A DNA stretch of 64,000 nt from the IMG/VR virus record IMGVR_UViG_3300034200_001454, positions 13,477 to 77,476 of that record; one strand, written 5' to 3'. Shown piece by piece: positions 29,178-38,425 of this stretch. Made by a program: the position numbers and the translations under genes. Each line of letters starts with the position of its first letter. Within the stretch, counting starts at the first letter, position 1. The notes under the pieces were generated by a model. That model saw only the letters and a list, made by a program, of their open reading frames with translations, ran no database searches and had not been told where the DNA came from. This DNA comes from a virus.

Positions 29178-30614
29178 ATGGCTGGTGTTCTTCAGCATCT
29201 GCGTTCATCGACGCTTAATAAGCGTCCTAATCCTGCTTCTATGGTTGATGGTCAAGTGGCCATTAACTATGCAAGTGGCGCTCCCGGCATGTTCTTCAAG
29301 GACAGCAATGGAAGCTTGGTAAAAGTGGGGCCTGTGCATGTGGGTAGCGGTGCTCCTAATGCCGTACCTGCGAGTGGTGGCACTGCCGGTAATTCCTTGG
29401 GAGAGCAATGGCTTGATACCAGTGGTGGCACTTACGTGTTTAAGATTTGGGACGGCAGTGCATGGCGTAGTGAAGCTGGTGAATTTGTAAACGTCACTGG
29501 CGATACGATGACTGGCGCATTGGGAATTATCGCAGGCAGCGCTGGGTCTCCATCGCTTTTTATAAGCGGGGACGCAAATACTGGACTGTATTCCCCCGGC
29601 GCGGACCAAGTAGCCATCTCGACTAATGGCACGGGGCGGATAACCGTTCAATCTGACGGAAACGTACTTATTGGCGCAACTGGATTAGCAAATAGGCTTT
29701 TAACCGTTAATCAAACAGGAATAACTGGCGGGGAATATGGCATCAGTATATCACAAACAAGTGCAACTAGTAATGCACTTGAACTAACTATCGACTCGGC
29801 GAATGCACTCTCAAAGCTTTTTCAAAAAAGCACTATCCCGCTCGTTTTTGGAACTAATGATACCGAGCGGATGCGCCTGGACTCAAATGGCCGCTTAGGT
29901 CTGGGGACTAGTAGCCCTGGACATGCTTTTGATTGCGTTGCAAGTAGCGCTGGTGTTGTCGCGGCAAGGTTCAGGGGAAATTCTAGTGGAAACAATAATA
30001 CCCAAATTCGTTTCTATGGAGCCAATACCGCAACGGACCAATGGGCGGTTGGTAATGCCGTTGCCACGGATGATGCTACCAGAAACTTTGATATTTATGA
30101 TCTTGTATCCAATGTAAATAGACTCAGGATTGATTCCTCAGGCCGCGTAGGGATTGGCACTACTAATCCTAGGTTTGCTGTATCCATTGGATCAACAGCA
30201 GGAGCGGGGGTTGTAAACCCAGATACATTAGATCTTGGTGGCACTTACTCAAGCGTGGCCGGAGCTAATGCAAAGCTCCGTGTGTATTGGGACGGGACTG
30301 ATACTTTTGGTTTTGGTGTGTCGCCTGGCCAGCTTGAGTACACAGTGCCTTCGTCCTCGTCCCATGTTTTTTACCAAGGTGCAACGCAATCAGCGAAAAT
30401 CGACAGCTCCGGCAGGTTGTTAGTTGGCACGTCCTCGCAGTCTGGCGGATCACTCTTACAAGTAAACGACAATCGCATCAGAATTGCGACAGCAAAAACA
30501 CCGGCATCGGCTACCGATACTGGCGTAGCTGGCGAGATATGCTGGGATGCTAATTACGTCTATGTCTGCACTGCTACGAACACATGGAAGCGCTCAGCAA
30601 TCAGCACATGGTGA
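29178..30614 (+). CDS. Tail fibre/receptor-binding protein
   Basis: Repeated ERMRLDSNGRLGLGT/RLRIDSSGRVGIGT modules; C-terminal GEICWDANYVYVCTATNTWKR. Confidence 0.8.
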   Translation: MAGVLQHLRSSTLNKRPNPASMVDGQVAINYASGAPGMFFKDSNGSLVKVGPVHVGSGAPNAVPASGGTAGNSLGEQWLDTSGGTYVFKIWDGSAWRSEAGEFVNVTGDTMTGALGIIAGSAGSPSLFISGDANTGLYSPGADQVAISTNGTGRITVQSDGNVLIGATGLANRLLTVNQTGITGGEYGISISQTSATSNALELTIDSANALSKLFQKSTIPLVFGTNDTERMRLDSNGRLGLGTSSPGHAFDCVASSAGVVAARFRGNSSGNNNTQIRFYGANTATDQWAVGNAVATDDATRNFDIYDLVSNVNRLRIDSSGRVGIGTTNPRFAVSIGSTAGAGVVNPDTLDLGGTYSSVAGANAKLRVYWDGTDTFGFGVSPGQLEYTVPSSSSHVFYQGATQSAKIDSSGRLLVGTSSQSGGSLLQVNDNRIRIATAKTPASATDTGVAGEICWDANYVYVCTATNTWKRSAISTW

Positions 30615-31090
30615 TGACGTGTCCCGCGCTGCGTCAGTGCAACATCTGCAAGGAGCACAAACCGCAGACTGACTTCTACAAAGTCAAGCGGGCAAAGAAG
30701 GACATTCTTGGTGTGCCTCGTATTTCACGCTGCCGTCAGTGCGAGATACAGAAGTACATGGAGCTGGATCCACGGCAGAAGATGGTCTACGCGGCTCGCA
30801 ATCGGGCTCGCATCGCCGGACTGGACTGCACCATCACAAAGGACGACATTGAGATTCCCGAAACCTGTCCGGTGTTGGGCATCCCACTGTTCGCTCGTGT
30901 TGGCGCTGGCAGATCAAACCGCGATCAAGTGGAGAACTCCCCGAGCCTGGATCGGATCGACAACAGCAAGGGGTATGTGCCCGGCAACATTGCAGTCATC
31001 TCGATGCGAGCAAACATGATCAAGAACAACGCCACGCTTGCTGAACTGAAGGCCATCGTGGCCTACATAGAAGCCAGCCAGAGCCAGTAA
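30614..31090 (+). CDS. HNH-type endonuclease with N-terminal Zn finger
   Basis: CNIC...CRQC; CPVLG...SPSLDRIDNSKGYVPGNIAVISMRAN; TGATG coupling to fibre gene. Confidence 0.8.
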   Translation: MTCPALRQCNICKEHKPQTDFYKVKRAKKDILGVPRISRCRQCEIQKYMELDPRQKMVYAARNRARIAGLDCTITKDDIEIPETCPVLGIPLFARVGAGRSNRDQVENSPSLDRIDNSKGYVPGNIAVISMRANMIKNNATLAELKAIVAYIEASQSQ

Positions 31091-31104
31091 ACCTACTCTC
31101 TACT

Positions 31105-31160
31105 GCCGATCAAGCGTATAGTGGTGGGGCAGCGAGTTTGCACCTCCTGCCCCTGGCCAC
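31105..31160 (+). promoter_or_regulatory. Promoter (-10 TATAGT) plus leader hairpin for cassette island
   Basis: TATAGT at ~31117; GGGGCAG...CTGCCCC stem. Confidence 0.5.
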
Positions 31161-31175
31161 AGTTCTCTAGAAACC

Positions 31176-31691
31176 ATGACCCAAGAAGATTACTCCAAAG
31201 TGCCACCGCCGCACCTGCTCAAAAAGTTCTCCGAGCAAGCACGAGAGGACAGCCAGAAGCGGGGCCATGCGGGCTACTGCAAGACCTTCGCCAAGCTCTG
31301 CATCGACTGGGCGCTGAACTCCAAATCATCTCCTAATAATCTCCAAATTAGGAGTTCCGATCTGGACGTAACGATTGCATTGGTGCAGCAGTGGACTGAT
31401 GAGATCTACGGCGGTCCCGGTGCAGTTGTCGGTAGTGACGACATTTGCTTAGCCAAGCTGGCTGCTCAGTACGGCGCCGATCAGGAGCTGGAGGCGTGCT
31501 GTGAGTGGCTGAAAGCCAAGCACTGGATTGAGCCTGAATTTGTTGATGAACTCCGCGCCGCCCGCCGTCCGAAACCCGCAACACTGAAGGAGCAATCCCT
31601 GAAGCACTTAGAGGTGATGGAGCGGGACGGGCATTACCTGCCTGAAATCCTGCAAGATCTTCGTCGTGCAGTAGAGCAGCTCGATGACTAA
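31176..31691 (+). CDS. Cyanophage-type hypothetical protein
   Basis: AAQYGADQELEACCEWL...ELRAARRPKP motif. Confidence 0.75.
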   Translation: MTQEDYSKVPPPHLLKKFSEQAREDSQKRGHAGYCKTFAKLCIDWALNSKSSPNNLQIRSSDLDVTIALVQQWTDEIYGGPGAVVGSDDICLAKLAAQYGADQELEACCEWLKAKHWIEPEFVDELRAARRPKPATLKEQSLKHLEVMERDGHYLPEILQDLRRAVEQLDD

Positions 31692-31830
31692 GTGGTTTTC
31701 TGTTCGCAAGGCAGACTTCGACAAAACTTTGTTTTTCGGCGTTGGTATCGGCGGCGACTTGCCAGAGACCACGCTTGCGCTTTTCTTTGTTATTGGCGAA
31801 CACGTCATTTGCATTGGTCCCCACAAGTAG
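31684..31830 (+). CDS. 48-aa hypothetical protein (not in ORF track)
   Basis: ATG overlaps upstream stop (ATGACTAA): MTKWFSVRKADFDKTLFFGVGIGGDLPETTLALFFVIGEHVICIGPHK; its TAG lies in the junction motif. Confidence 0.6.
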   Translation: MTKWFSVRKADFDKTLFFGVGIGGDLPETTLALFFVIGEHVICIGPHK

Positions 31831-31844
31831 TCATTACCACTTCT

Positions 31845-32126
31845 ATGTCTGAGCTTTCACTTGCTGCGCAGGCGGTGCTGGATGCTGCTTTCCCCGTCTA
31901 CGACGAAGAGGAACACCTTTACGTCGCCACTGGCGAACAACATGCAGGCATGATTGCCGCCGCCGCCCTGCGAGCGGCTGCGGATCAGGTGGTGCCACTT
32001 GCCGATGTCGCACCCCAAGAAGACCTTGAAAGTCGAAGGGAGGCAATGGCCTGGGGGATGCAACACCAGACACAGCTCACTCGCTACCAACTCCTCGCCA
32101 TCGCTGATGAGCTTGAAGCCCAGTAG
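31845..32126 (+). CDS. Cyanophage-type hypothetical protein
   Basis: MSELSLAAQAVLDAA...IAAAALRAAADQVVP...LLAIADELE. Confidence 0.75.
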   Translation: MSELSLAAQAVLDAAFPVYDEEEHLYVATGEQHAGMIAAAALRAAADQVVPLADVAPQEDLESRREAMAWGMQHQTQLTRYQLLAIADELEAQ

Positions 32127-32140
32127 TCACCTTCGTTTCT

Positions 32141-32419
32141 ATGTCTGAATACAAGATGAACTTAATTGCAACATTTAAAGTCCCCGTTACTGTCTCTTTA
32201 AGCATTGAACAACAGAAAGAAGCGCGACAAGCTGTTAATTGCTTTTATCTTGGAGATCCAGAATGTAATGTTTTGAACCCAGAAACAATGCAGTATGAAG
32301 CTAAGTATCCACAAAAAGAAACGTCTGAATTCAAGAAAGCCTGTCGCAATATTGCTCAGGACGCAACAGAATACTTAACTATTGGTCTTGACTCATCTGG
32401 CCGGCTTTCCATCCTGTAA
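32141..32419 (+). CDS. Hypothetical protein
   Basis: 92 aa, more AT-rich than upstream neighbour. Confidence 0.65.
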   Translation: MSEYKMNLIATFKVPVTVSLSIEQQKEARQAVNCFYLGDPECNVLNPETMQYEAKYPQKETSEFKKACRNIAQDATEYLTIGLDSSGRLSIL

Positions 32420-32490
32420 GGCGCCCGCAATTCCCGCACCTTGATCTGCCTTTGCATCGTCTAAACTAACAAAGACCATTCTTTTTAACC

Positions 32491-32805
32491 ATGGCAATCA
32501 CTTACCAATGGGGCGTTGCAAATCTGGAACGCCACCTTGCTGATGGAATCGTCTACACGGTTCACTATACAATTTCGGCTGATGATGGCACGTATGCTAG
32601 TTCGGCGTATGGCAGTCTTGGCCTTGAAGCGCCTGACGCAGATGATGAAATTCCCTATGCCCAACTCACGCCTGAAATCGTCACTGGCTGGGTGAAGGAA
32701 AAGTTTGGCGCTGAAAAAGTAGCAGAAATCGAAGCGGCATTGGCCGAACAGATTTCTCAACAGCGCACTCCCACTACAGGCAACGGCCTGCCCTGGAATA
32801 GCTAA
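32491..32805 (+). CDS. Tail-fibre-associated small protein
   Basis: YQWGVANLER...IPYAQLTPEIVTGWVK...GLPW pattern typical after fibre genes. Confidence 0.7.
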   Translation: MAITYQWGVANLERHLADGIVYTVHYTISADDGTYASSAYGSLGLEAPDADDEIPYAQLTPEIVTGWVKEKFGAEKVAEIEAALAEQISQQRTPTTGNGLPWNS

Positions 32806-32828
32806 GCTTTTGTTTTCATCGTCTTTCC

Positions 32829-32966
32829 ATGGCGGCAAAAAGCAAAATCGGCATCAGCGGGCAAAAGCTGTTCACGCCTGGTAAACCTAAAACTACAAGG
32901 CAGGGTAACGGCAAAAACAGTAAGGCCAGTCACGGGCGCAAGCTCCGCAAAGGACAAGGCAAATAA
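32829..32966 (+). CDS. 45-aa very basic protein (not in ORF track)
   Basis: MAAKSKIGISGQKLFTPGKPKTTRQGNGKNSKASHGRKLRKGQGK. Confidence 0.65.
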   Translation: MAAKSKIGISGQKLFTPGKPKTTRQGNGKNSKASHGRKLRKGQGK

Positions 32967-32969
32967 ACA

Positions 32970-32994
32970 AGGGGCCGAAAGGCCCTTTCTTTTT
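32970..32994 (+). terminator. Intrinsic terminator
   Basis: GGGCC-GAAA-GGCCC-TTTCTTTTT. Confidence 0.8.
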
Positions 32995-33025
32995 GCGCTT
33001 ACAATACAAGAAAGACAAGATTATC

Positions 33026-34249
33026 ATGGGCCAAATTATTGCCGGTGGCGAGCAGTTTGAAACTCATATTGAAGCAGATTATCGGGGAAAGATTTTACAA
33101 AAAGGACCAGATAGTGGAGCCGTAGATGCTTTTGGAAGACAGCGGACAAGTGCTCCTTATACGCTTTTTGATAGCACAATGCGCTATGACAAGCGTCCTG
33201 ATCAATGGTTTGACAGTATTGTTGGCAGTGGCACTTCCACTTTTTTAACGCATCAAAGCAGTGTGGCAATGAGTACCACCACTGCGTCGGGAGACACGGT
33301 TCTTCGTCGTACTAAGCAGAACTTTCCGTATCAGGCGGGTAAAAGCATGATGCTTTTGCAAAGTTTTGTTGGCGCTCCGCTTGCTTCTGGACTCATTCAA
33401 GAAGTGGGAATTTTCAATGACCAGAATGGTGTGATGCTACGCGCTAGTGGTACTACGGTGCAATTTGTTGTTAGAAGCTATGCATCTGGCACAGTCAATG
33501 AAGACGTAGTGAATCAAAGCGATTGGAATATTGACACGCTTTCTTCACTTAACTTTGCTAAAGCACAAATCTTTACTGCTGATTTGGAATGGCTTGGCGT
33601 GGGGCGCGTTAGGTGTGGTTTTGTTATTGACGGGGAAATAGTTTATTGCCACGAGTTTGAGCATTTCAACGCATTGGATAGCGTCTATATGACAACTGCT
33701 ATTTTGCCATTGTCCTATCGCATTCATAATGCTTCCGCTCAAGCGTCTTCGGCGACAATGAAGCATGTGTGTTGCAGCCTGCTAAGCGAAGGCGGCTACG
33801 AGCCAGATGGTGCCATTTATTCAGTGTCGCATAGTCTTTCAACAGTACCCAACACTTCTGGCGAGCGCATCACTGCTGGCATTCGTATGGCCAGTGGTCG
33901 CACTGGTAATGTCATTCTTCCCGTCAGGATTTCTACGACCACTGCTTCTAGCGATGTAGTGCTGTGGCGATTACGGTTGAATCCTACGCTTTCTGGCGTT
34001 ACTTGGAGCGCAGCCAGCAATGGTAGGGGCAATGTAGAAGTGACGACAAGCGGCACTGCTACGGGAGGCACTGTAATTGATTCTGGTTTTGTCAGTCAGG
34101 GCAGCGCTAATAACTATGCAGTGGCAGAAGCCATTCGCTTAGCGCTGGGGCAAAATGCCTCTGGCGTTAGCGACACGTTGATTCTTACCGTGGACACTGA
34201 CGTGAACGCTAAAGCTTTAGGCATGATTGGCTGGGTGGAAGTGGTTTGA
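33026..34249 (+). CDS. Conserved phage protein, probably structural (beta-rich)
   Basis: DAFGRQRTS, YQAGKS, LEWLGVGRVRCGF motifs. Confidence 0.65.
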   Translation: MGQIIAGGEQFETHIEADYRGKILQKGPDSGAVDAFGRQRTSAPYTLFDSTMRYDKRPDQWFDSIVGSGTSTFLTHQSSVAMSTTTASGDTVLRRTKQNFPYQAGKSMMLLQSFVGAPLASGLIQEVGIFNDQNGVMLRASGTTVQFVVRSYASGTVNEDVVNQSDWNIDTLSSLNFAKAQIFTADLEWLGVGRVRCGFVIDGEIVYCHEFEHFNALDSVYMTTAILPLSYRIHNASAQASSATMKHVCCSLLSEGGYEPDGAIYSVSHSLSTVPNTSGERITAGIRMASGRTGNVILPVRISTTTASSDVVLWRLRLNPTLSGVTWSAASNGRGNVEVTTSGTATGGTVIDSGFVSQGSANNYAVAEAIRLALGQNASGVSDTLILTVDTDVNAKALGMIGWVEVV

Positions 34250-34282
34250 TCAGCTAAGCTAAGAACTCTTGTCTTTCCTTCC

Positions 34283-34486
34283 ATGGACGGCTTTAAAGAC
34301 CAGTGGTACAAGCAACAAGTGGATCACATCTCTGAGGCTCTTCAAGAGCTGCTTACGGACGACGATCCTGCCGTTGCCATCAAGGGACTAAGCGAAGCTA
34401 TTAGCGAGTGGGAAACCTACCACGAGAAGGAACTGGCTAAATGGAAGCGCCTTAGGGCGCTTCTGAGCTGGGAAGCTGGTACGTAA
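34283..34486 (+). CDS. Hypothetical protein
   Basis: 67 aa helical ORF. Confidence 0.55.
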   Translation: MDGFKDQWYKQQVDHISEALQELLTDDDPAVAIKGLSEAISEWETYHEKELAKWKRLRALLSWEAGT

Positions 34487-34856
34487 TTCGCAGTTCTCCT
34501 CCTAGCGCCTTTACAGCCTCGCTAGCATCCGCTGGCGGGGCTGTTTCAATGAGGACAGACGGAACGATGGCATCAGGAAGAGGCGTCACCTTTGCTTCGG
34601 GGTAGAGGGAGCGAGCTTTCTCCGCTAATGCATTTGCTTTTGTTTCTTTTTCTTCTTTCTCCCATTGTTTCACCAATACTGCTACCTGCCCGTCTATTTT
34701 CTCCATTACGATTTTAGTTTTCCATTCTGCCCAGTCTTGACGACAATGCGCCATGAGCAGTTTGAACCATGAATTAAAAGCAAGAGAGGGCCATCGTGAG
34801 GCGGCCCAAAGTCCTGCTTCGTAGCAAAGTGCATTAAACCAGCTTTCGCGGCTCAT
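34452..34856 (-). CDS. Hypothetical protein (lysis-cassette distal)
   Basis: ORF from ATG at 34856. Confidence 0.55.
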   Translation of the reverse strand: MSRESWFNALCYEAGLWAASRWPSLAFNSWFKLLMAHCRQDWAEWKTKIVMEKIDGQVAVLVKQWEKEEKETKANALAEKARSLYPEAKVTPLPDAIVPSVLIETAPPADASEAVKALGGELRITYQLPSSEAP

Positions 34857-34937
34857 ATTTCGTTGATCATCGCCTAAGATGAAAGGGCAGCGGAACTGCA
34901 ATTCCCTGCCCACGGACACCTAAAGGAGGTAGGCATC

Positions 34938-35465
34938 ATGTCCATGATAGAAGAATGGCGTCCCGTCGTTGGTTACGAAGGGCTTTACGAGGTGAGTAGT
35001 CTTGGTCGGGTGCGAAGTTTAGACCGATGGGTTCGAGCTAATTCTGGTCGCAGGAGGACTGGAGTTCGCTACTTTACTCCGTCTCCATCGGGGCGCAATG
35101 GTAAATACAAGCGAGTTCTTCTGCGCAACCCGGACAAGCAGCGCCCTGTTCATCACTTGGTGCTCGAGGCATTTGTTGGTCCTCGCCCAGAAAACTGCGA
35201 GGTTAGGCATTTAGATGGCGATCCCAGTAATAACAGGCTTGATAATTTAGCTTGGGGAACTAAAGCAGAAAATCAAGCCGATAAAGTCAGGCATGGTACA
35301 GTTCTTCGTGGTACGGCAAACCCAGCCAGCAAGCTTACCGAAGCTGATGTATTAGCTATACGCGCAAGCAACAAAAGGCAGGTTGATTTAGCTGAAATAT
35401 ACGGAGTAACTCAGCCCATTATTAGCGCAATTCGCTTGCGCAAGATATGGAAGCACCTCGATTAG
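34938..35465 (+). CDS. NUMOD4-HNH homing endonuclease
   Basis: EEWRPVVGYEGLYEVSSLGRVRS; VHHLVLEAF; RHLDGDPSNNRLDNLAWGT; SD AAGGAGGT. Confidence 0.92.
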   Translation: MSMIEEWRPVVGYEGLYEVSSLGRVRSLDRWVRANSGRRRTGVRYFTPSPSGRNGKYKRVLLRNPDKQRPVHHLVLEAFVGPRPENCEVRHLDGDPSNNRLDNLAWGTKAENQADKVRHGTVLRGTANPASKLTEADVLAIRASNKRQVDLAEIYGVTQPIISAIRLRKIWKHLD

Positions 35466-36406
35466 CCTTCTTGAAAAACACTTATAAATAAAGCTCCTTT
35501 ATCTGCTAGCGGTAATACTTTGTCGCGCAAATCAATATTACGAGCACGACAACAACCCATCGTTGGCATTAGCTTTTGATTCGGAGCCCACGCGCCTGGC
35601 CATCCAAGCGCACTAGATCCGCCATGCAGCATGATTCCTGCACGCCCATTATCCCTTTCTTGCCCCTCTAGATCAATCATGTCAAAACTGTACCAACCAT
35701 AAGCCATGAGTGTGCGATCATAAGCAGGCTTGTCGCCCACCCGATCATAGTCTCGATAAATAGTGCCAACTTTATACAAACCAGGAGGACAATCACTGTT
35801 TTGAATGCGCCATTCAAAATCACTATATTGTCCACGAGCAAGACAAGGGATTTCCCACAAAAGCTTTCCTTCATAGGAAAAAGCTTTCATGGTTTCCACT
35901 GCATCGTTCACAATCAAATGCGAATCGCCAGCTTTAAAGCCAAAGTCTTGAGGACGTTTTGTGGGGCCAATCATGGTAAATTGCGTGGTTTCTGGAGTAT
36001 ATTCCTTCATAAGCTTTGAAAGCTTTGCAGGATATTCTGGATCAGTGGCATACGATTGCTCCTTGAGCATACGTGCCGCTGCATAACGATTTGGCGCATT
36101 GTTGACGCCTTTGAACTGACGATAGTCTTTATACCATCGCGTGATGAGATATTCAATGCAAGCAGAAAGACTTGGAAAGTCAAGGAAGCCTGCTTTAATT
36201 GTCACCCATTGACCGTCGTACCACTCTTGTGTAGTGGTCCTAGTGCCATCGCCTTTTAGGCCTAAGTAATTATGAGTGCCAGATGTATGCTTCCCGAAAC
36301 CACTTTCTAGACAACATTGTGCTGCCACTAATTCTGGGAAACGCGCACCATGCCTTCGAGCAATGGTATAGCAGGTATCCCAGAATGCCCTATTGGAAGC
36401 CGTCAT
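35462..36406 (-). CDS. Endolysin: GH73 glucosaminidase plus YkuD/L,D-transpeptidase-like domain
   Basis: AAQCCLESGFG...NYLGLKG...YATDPEYPAKL; IMLHGG...TMGCCR. Confidence 0.8.
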   Translation of the reverse strand: MTASNRAFWDTCYTIARRHGARFPELVAAQCCLESGFGKHTSGTHNYLGLKGDGTRTTTQEWYDGQWVTIKAGFLDFPSLSACIEYLITRWYKDYRQFKGVNNAPNRYAAARMLKEQSYATDPEYPAKLSKLMKEYTPETTQFTMIGPTKRPQDFGFKAGDSHLIVNDAVETMKAFSYEGKLLWEIPCLARGQYSDFEWRIQNSDCPPGLYKVGTIYRDYDRVGDKPAYDRTLMAYGWYSFDMIDLEGQERDNGRAGIMLHGGSSALGWPGAWAPNQKLMPTMGCCRARNIDLRDKVLPLADKGALFISVFQEG

Positions 36407-36410
36407 GGCT

Positions 36411-36554
36411 TCAGTCCTTCACGCGGAAAACAGTCTTCAAACCTTCGAGAAGCAGTTGCAGCACGTTATTGCTTTTCCAGGGTGAACGATCAAGAATTTG
36501 GTCGGCAGCAGCAATGATGATGCCACCAACAACGAACCATTCTGCACCAGACAT
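36411..36554 (-). CDS. Small membrane protein, holin candidate (not in ORF track)
   Basis: MSGAEWFVVGGIIIAAADQILDRSPWKSNNVLQLLLEGLKTVFRVKD directly upstream of endolysin. Confidence 0.55.
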   Translation of the reverse strand: MSGAEWFVVGGIIIAAADQILDRSPWKSNNVLQLLLEGLKTVFRVKD

Positions 36555-36584
36555 GGCTAGTCCTCTAAGAGAGTTTCTTAAAGC

Positions 36585-36794
36585 CTAGCGTTTAATCTCA
36601 AGGCTGCGCACTCGTGTTTCAATATCGCTCATTTTGTCCGTAAGAGCACTAAGTTTTTCAGTGACACTTTCAATTTGCACTGCCACTCTTGCCTGTTGAT
36701 TGCCGACAGTGATAAGCATTGCTCCCGTGGAAAGAAGCATGCCAGCCGTGATCGTGGCCACGAAATTGGCCATGCCTTCTTTGAATGAGTCCAT
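36585..36794 (-). CDS. TM plus coiled-coil lysis-associated protein
   Basis: Hydrophobic N-terminus then heptads ending RVRSLE. Confidence 0.55.
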   Translation of the reverse strand: MDSFKEGMANFVATITAGMLLSTGAMLITVGNQQARVAVQIESVTEKLSALTDKMSDIETRVRSLEIKR

Positions 36795-36880
36795 GGAGAG
36801 TCCTGCAATTTTTATATTAGCAAAAGCGCATTATTCGCTTGTCGCCGGTTAGATTGTTTGCAGGAAAATTTAATAGCACC

Positions 36881-37363
36881 ATGCTTAGAGCGAATGGTCC
36901 CGATGAGCTATTGTATTCCCTCATTGAACTTCGCCCCGGAGACGCAAGACGCAGATTTCGCAAGAGTATTTTTGAAGACTATCCGCTAAGAGGCCCGCTT
37001 GGACAGTGCGCTTGTGCATATTGTGGACAATGGAATGAGAAACTAACTATTGACCATATTGTGCCAAAAAGCAAAGGCGGCCCTCATTTTGCAAAATATA
37101 ATTTAGTGCCAAGTTGCAAGTCCTGCAATCTTCTAAAAGGAGCGGAGCCTATCTTTGAATGGTGGCGTCCGCAAAAATTCTGGAACGAAAAACGAGAGCA
37201 GCTTTTGCTGGCGTGGGTGCATCACAATAGCTTCGTCAGCGCCCACACTTCATTGCAGGATATTGAAGCTTTTGCGGAGAAGCGTGATTATTACATTCCA
37301 CCGTCAAAAGAAGAAGCCCCCATTTCTGGGGGCTTTTGTTATACGGAATGGCAAGCAGCTTAG
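36881..37363 (+). CDS. HNH endonuclease
   Basis: CAYCG...LTIDHIVPKSKGG...NLVPSCKSCNLLKG. Confidence 0.9.
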   Translation: MLRANGPDELLYSLIELRPGDARRRFRKSIFEDYPLRGPLGQCACAYCGQWNEKLTIDHIVPKSKGGPHFAKYNLVPSCKSCNLLKGAEPIFEWWRPQKFWNEKREQLLLAWVHHNSFVSAHTSLQDIEAFAEKRDYYIPPSKEEAPISGGFCYTEWQAA

Positions 37364-37722
37364 GCTTTATCTACTGGCGCGAATAAATCATAACGCGCGC
37401 CTGGCATTGGACAGAAGCCATCCTTGCAGCCATTATCAACATTGTTCTCGATGGCGGCAAGAGCTTCGCTTTCTTGATCTGTTTCTAGAGCAAAGATGAG
37501 CTGTCCAAGGTACCACTTTGCCTTTTCAAGATCTTCAAGACCATTCTTCTTTTCGTAGCGCCAAACGTATTTCAGAATATTGCCTTTAAGGAAACCACGA
37601 AACGCTTCTGGCGTCATGCTTGCTTCCATCGCTTCAATGGCCTCTAAGCCGCCACTGGCGTAGTGAATGGGACGTTCCACGGGATGAAAAGCTTCAGGGG
37701 ATTGCTCAAAAGGCATTGCCAT
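37360..37722 (-). CDS. DUF3310 protein
   Basis: PIHY...EAIEAM...GFLKGNILKYVWRYEKKNGLEDLEKAKWYL. Confidence 0.88.
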   Translation of the reverse strand: MAMPFEQSPEAFHPVERPIHYASGGLEAIEAMEASMTPEAFRGFLKGNILKYVWRYEKKNGLEDLEKAKWYLGQLIFALETDQESEALAAIENNVDNGCKDGFCPMPGARYDLFAPVDKA

Positions 37723-38425
37723 TTTCCTCGAATGTTTGAAACACTTCTTTAAAGAGAGGGCGAGCGAGAGTGCTCAAGGCTTGAGCGTAGCATTGAATTT
37801 CGCCTTGGGCATCGGGCTTGTCGCGCAATGACAGAAAATGCAAGAGGGCCTGCAAGCTACAGGTCCACGTGAACGACGTATATGTGCTCATTGGCATGAT
37901 GCCACGAGCCTGCTCCTTGCTCACGCCTAGCGTCAGAAGAGCCCTGTAAGCCTGCTTAGCCTGCTCTAGTGCCTTGGCGTATTCGATCATCGCCATTTGG
38001 TTCATAGAGGGCTCTAGAGGGCCGGCAGAGGCCTGCTTGTTGCTGGCGCTCTGCTGCCTGAACTCACGAGGCATGTAGTACGTCTCGTCATCCGCTTCGC
38101 AATAACGAAAGCTCTTTTCGTTCCAACCAAGCTGATCATTGGCAAACGTGCCACCAATGACATGTTTCCACCATTGACGAGCAATAAATAACGGAGCTTT
38201 CACTTGCCATTTAGTAACAACTCCCCTAAAGGGACTGGTGTGCTGATGCTTCACCAAATAGTTAAGAAGCTTTTGATCTTGATCAGTCCACTGAAAAGAG
38301 GCTTGATCGAAACTTTGCCGCGCATCACAAACGATGTCAAGCGAAGTTCCCATCCAATCAATGAGCCTGACAAAGCTAATACCGTCACGGAGGGGATCAA
38401 TGATTTGAAGAGGAGAGGAAGTCAT
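37706..38425 (-). CDS. thyX: Flavin-dependent thymidylate synthase
   Basis: HTSPF, APLFIARQWWKH, WNEKSFRY, KEQARGIMP, LSLR...AQGEI. Confidence 0.93.
   Translation of the reverse strand: MTSSPLQIIDPLRDGISFVRLIDWMGTSLDIVCDARQSFDQASFQWTDQDQKLLNYLVKHQHTSPFRGVVTKWQVKAPLFIARQWWKHVIGGTFANDQLGWNEKSFRYCEADDETYYMPREFRQQSASNKQASAGPLEPSMNQMAMIEYAKALEQAKQAYRALLTLGVSKEQARGIMPMSTYTSFTWTCSLQALLHFLSLRDKPDAQGEIQCYAQALSTLARPLFKEVFQTFEENGNAF

Noticed and set aside
24099-30614. Diversity-generating retroelement targeting fibres
   Set aside because: No reverse transcriptase and no TR/VR pair with adenine-specific mismatches seen
31684-31842. Invertible segment flanked by ATGACTA/TAGTCAT
   Set aside because: The ends coincide with the start and stop of a 48-aa gene; no invertase seen
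7230-34265. Dedicated late-promoter consensus
   Set aside because: Only loose TA-N3-T hexamers before several genes; too degenerate to support by eye
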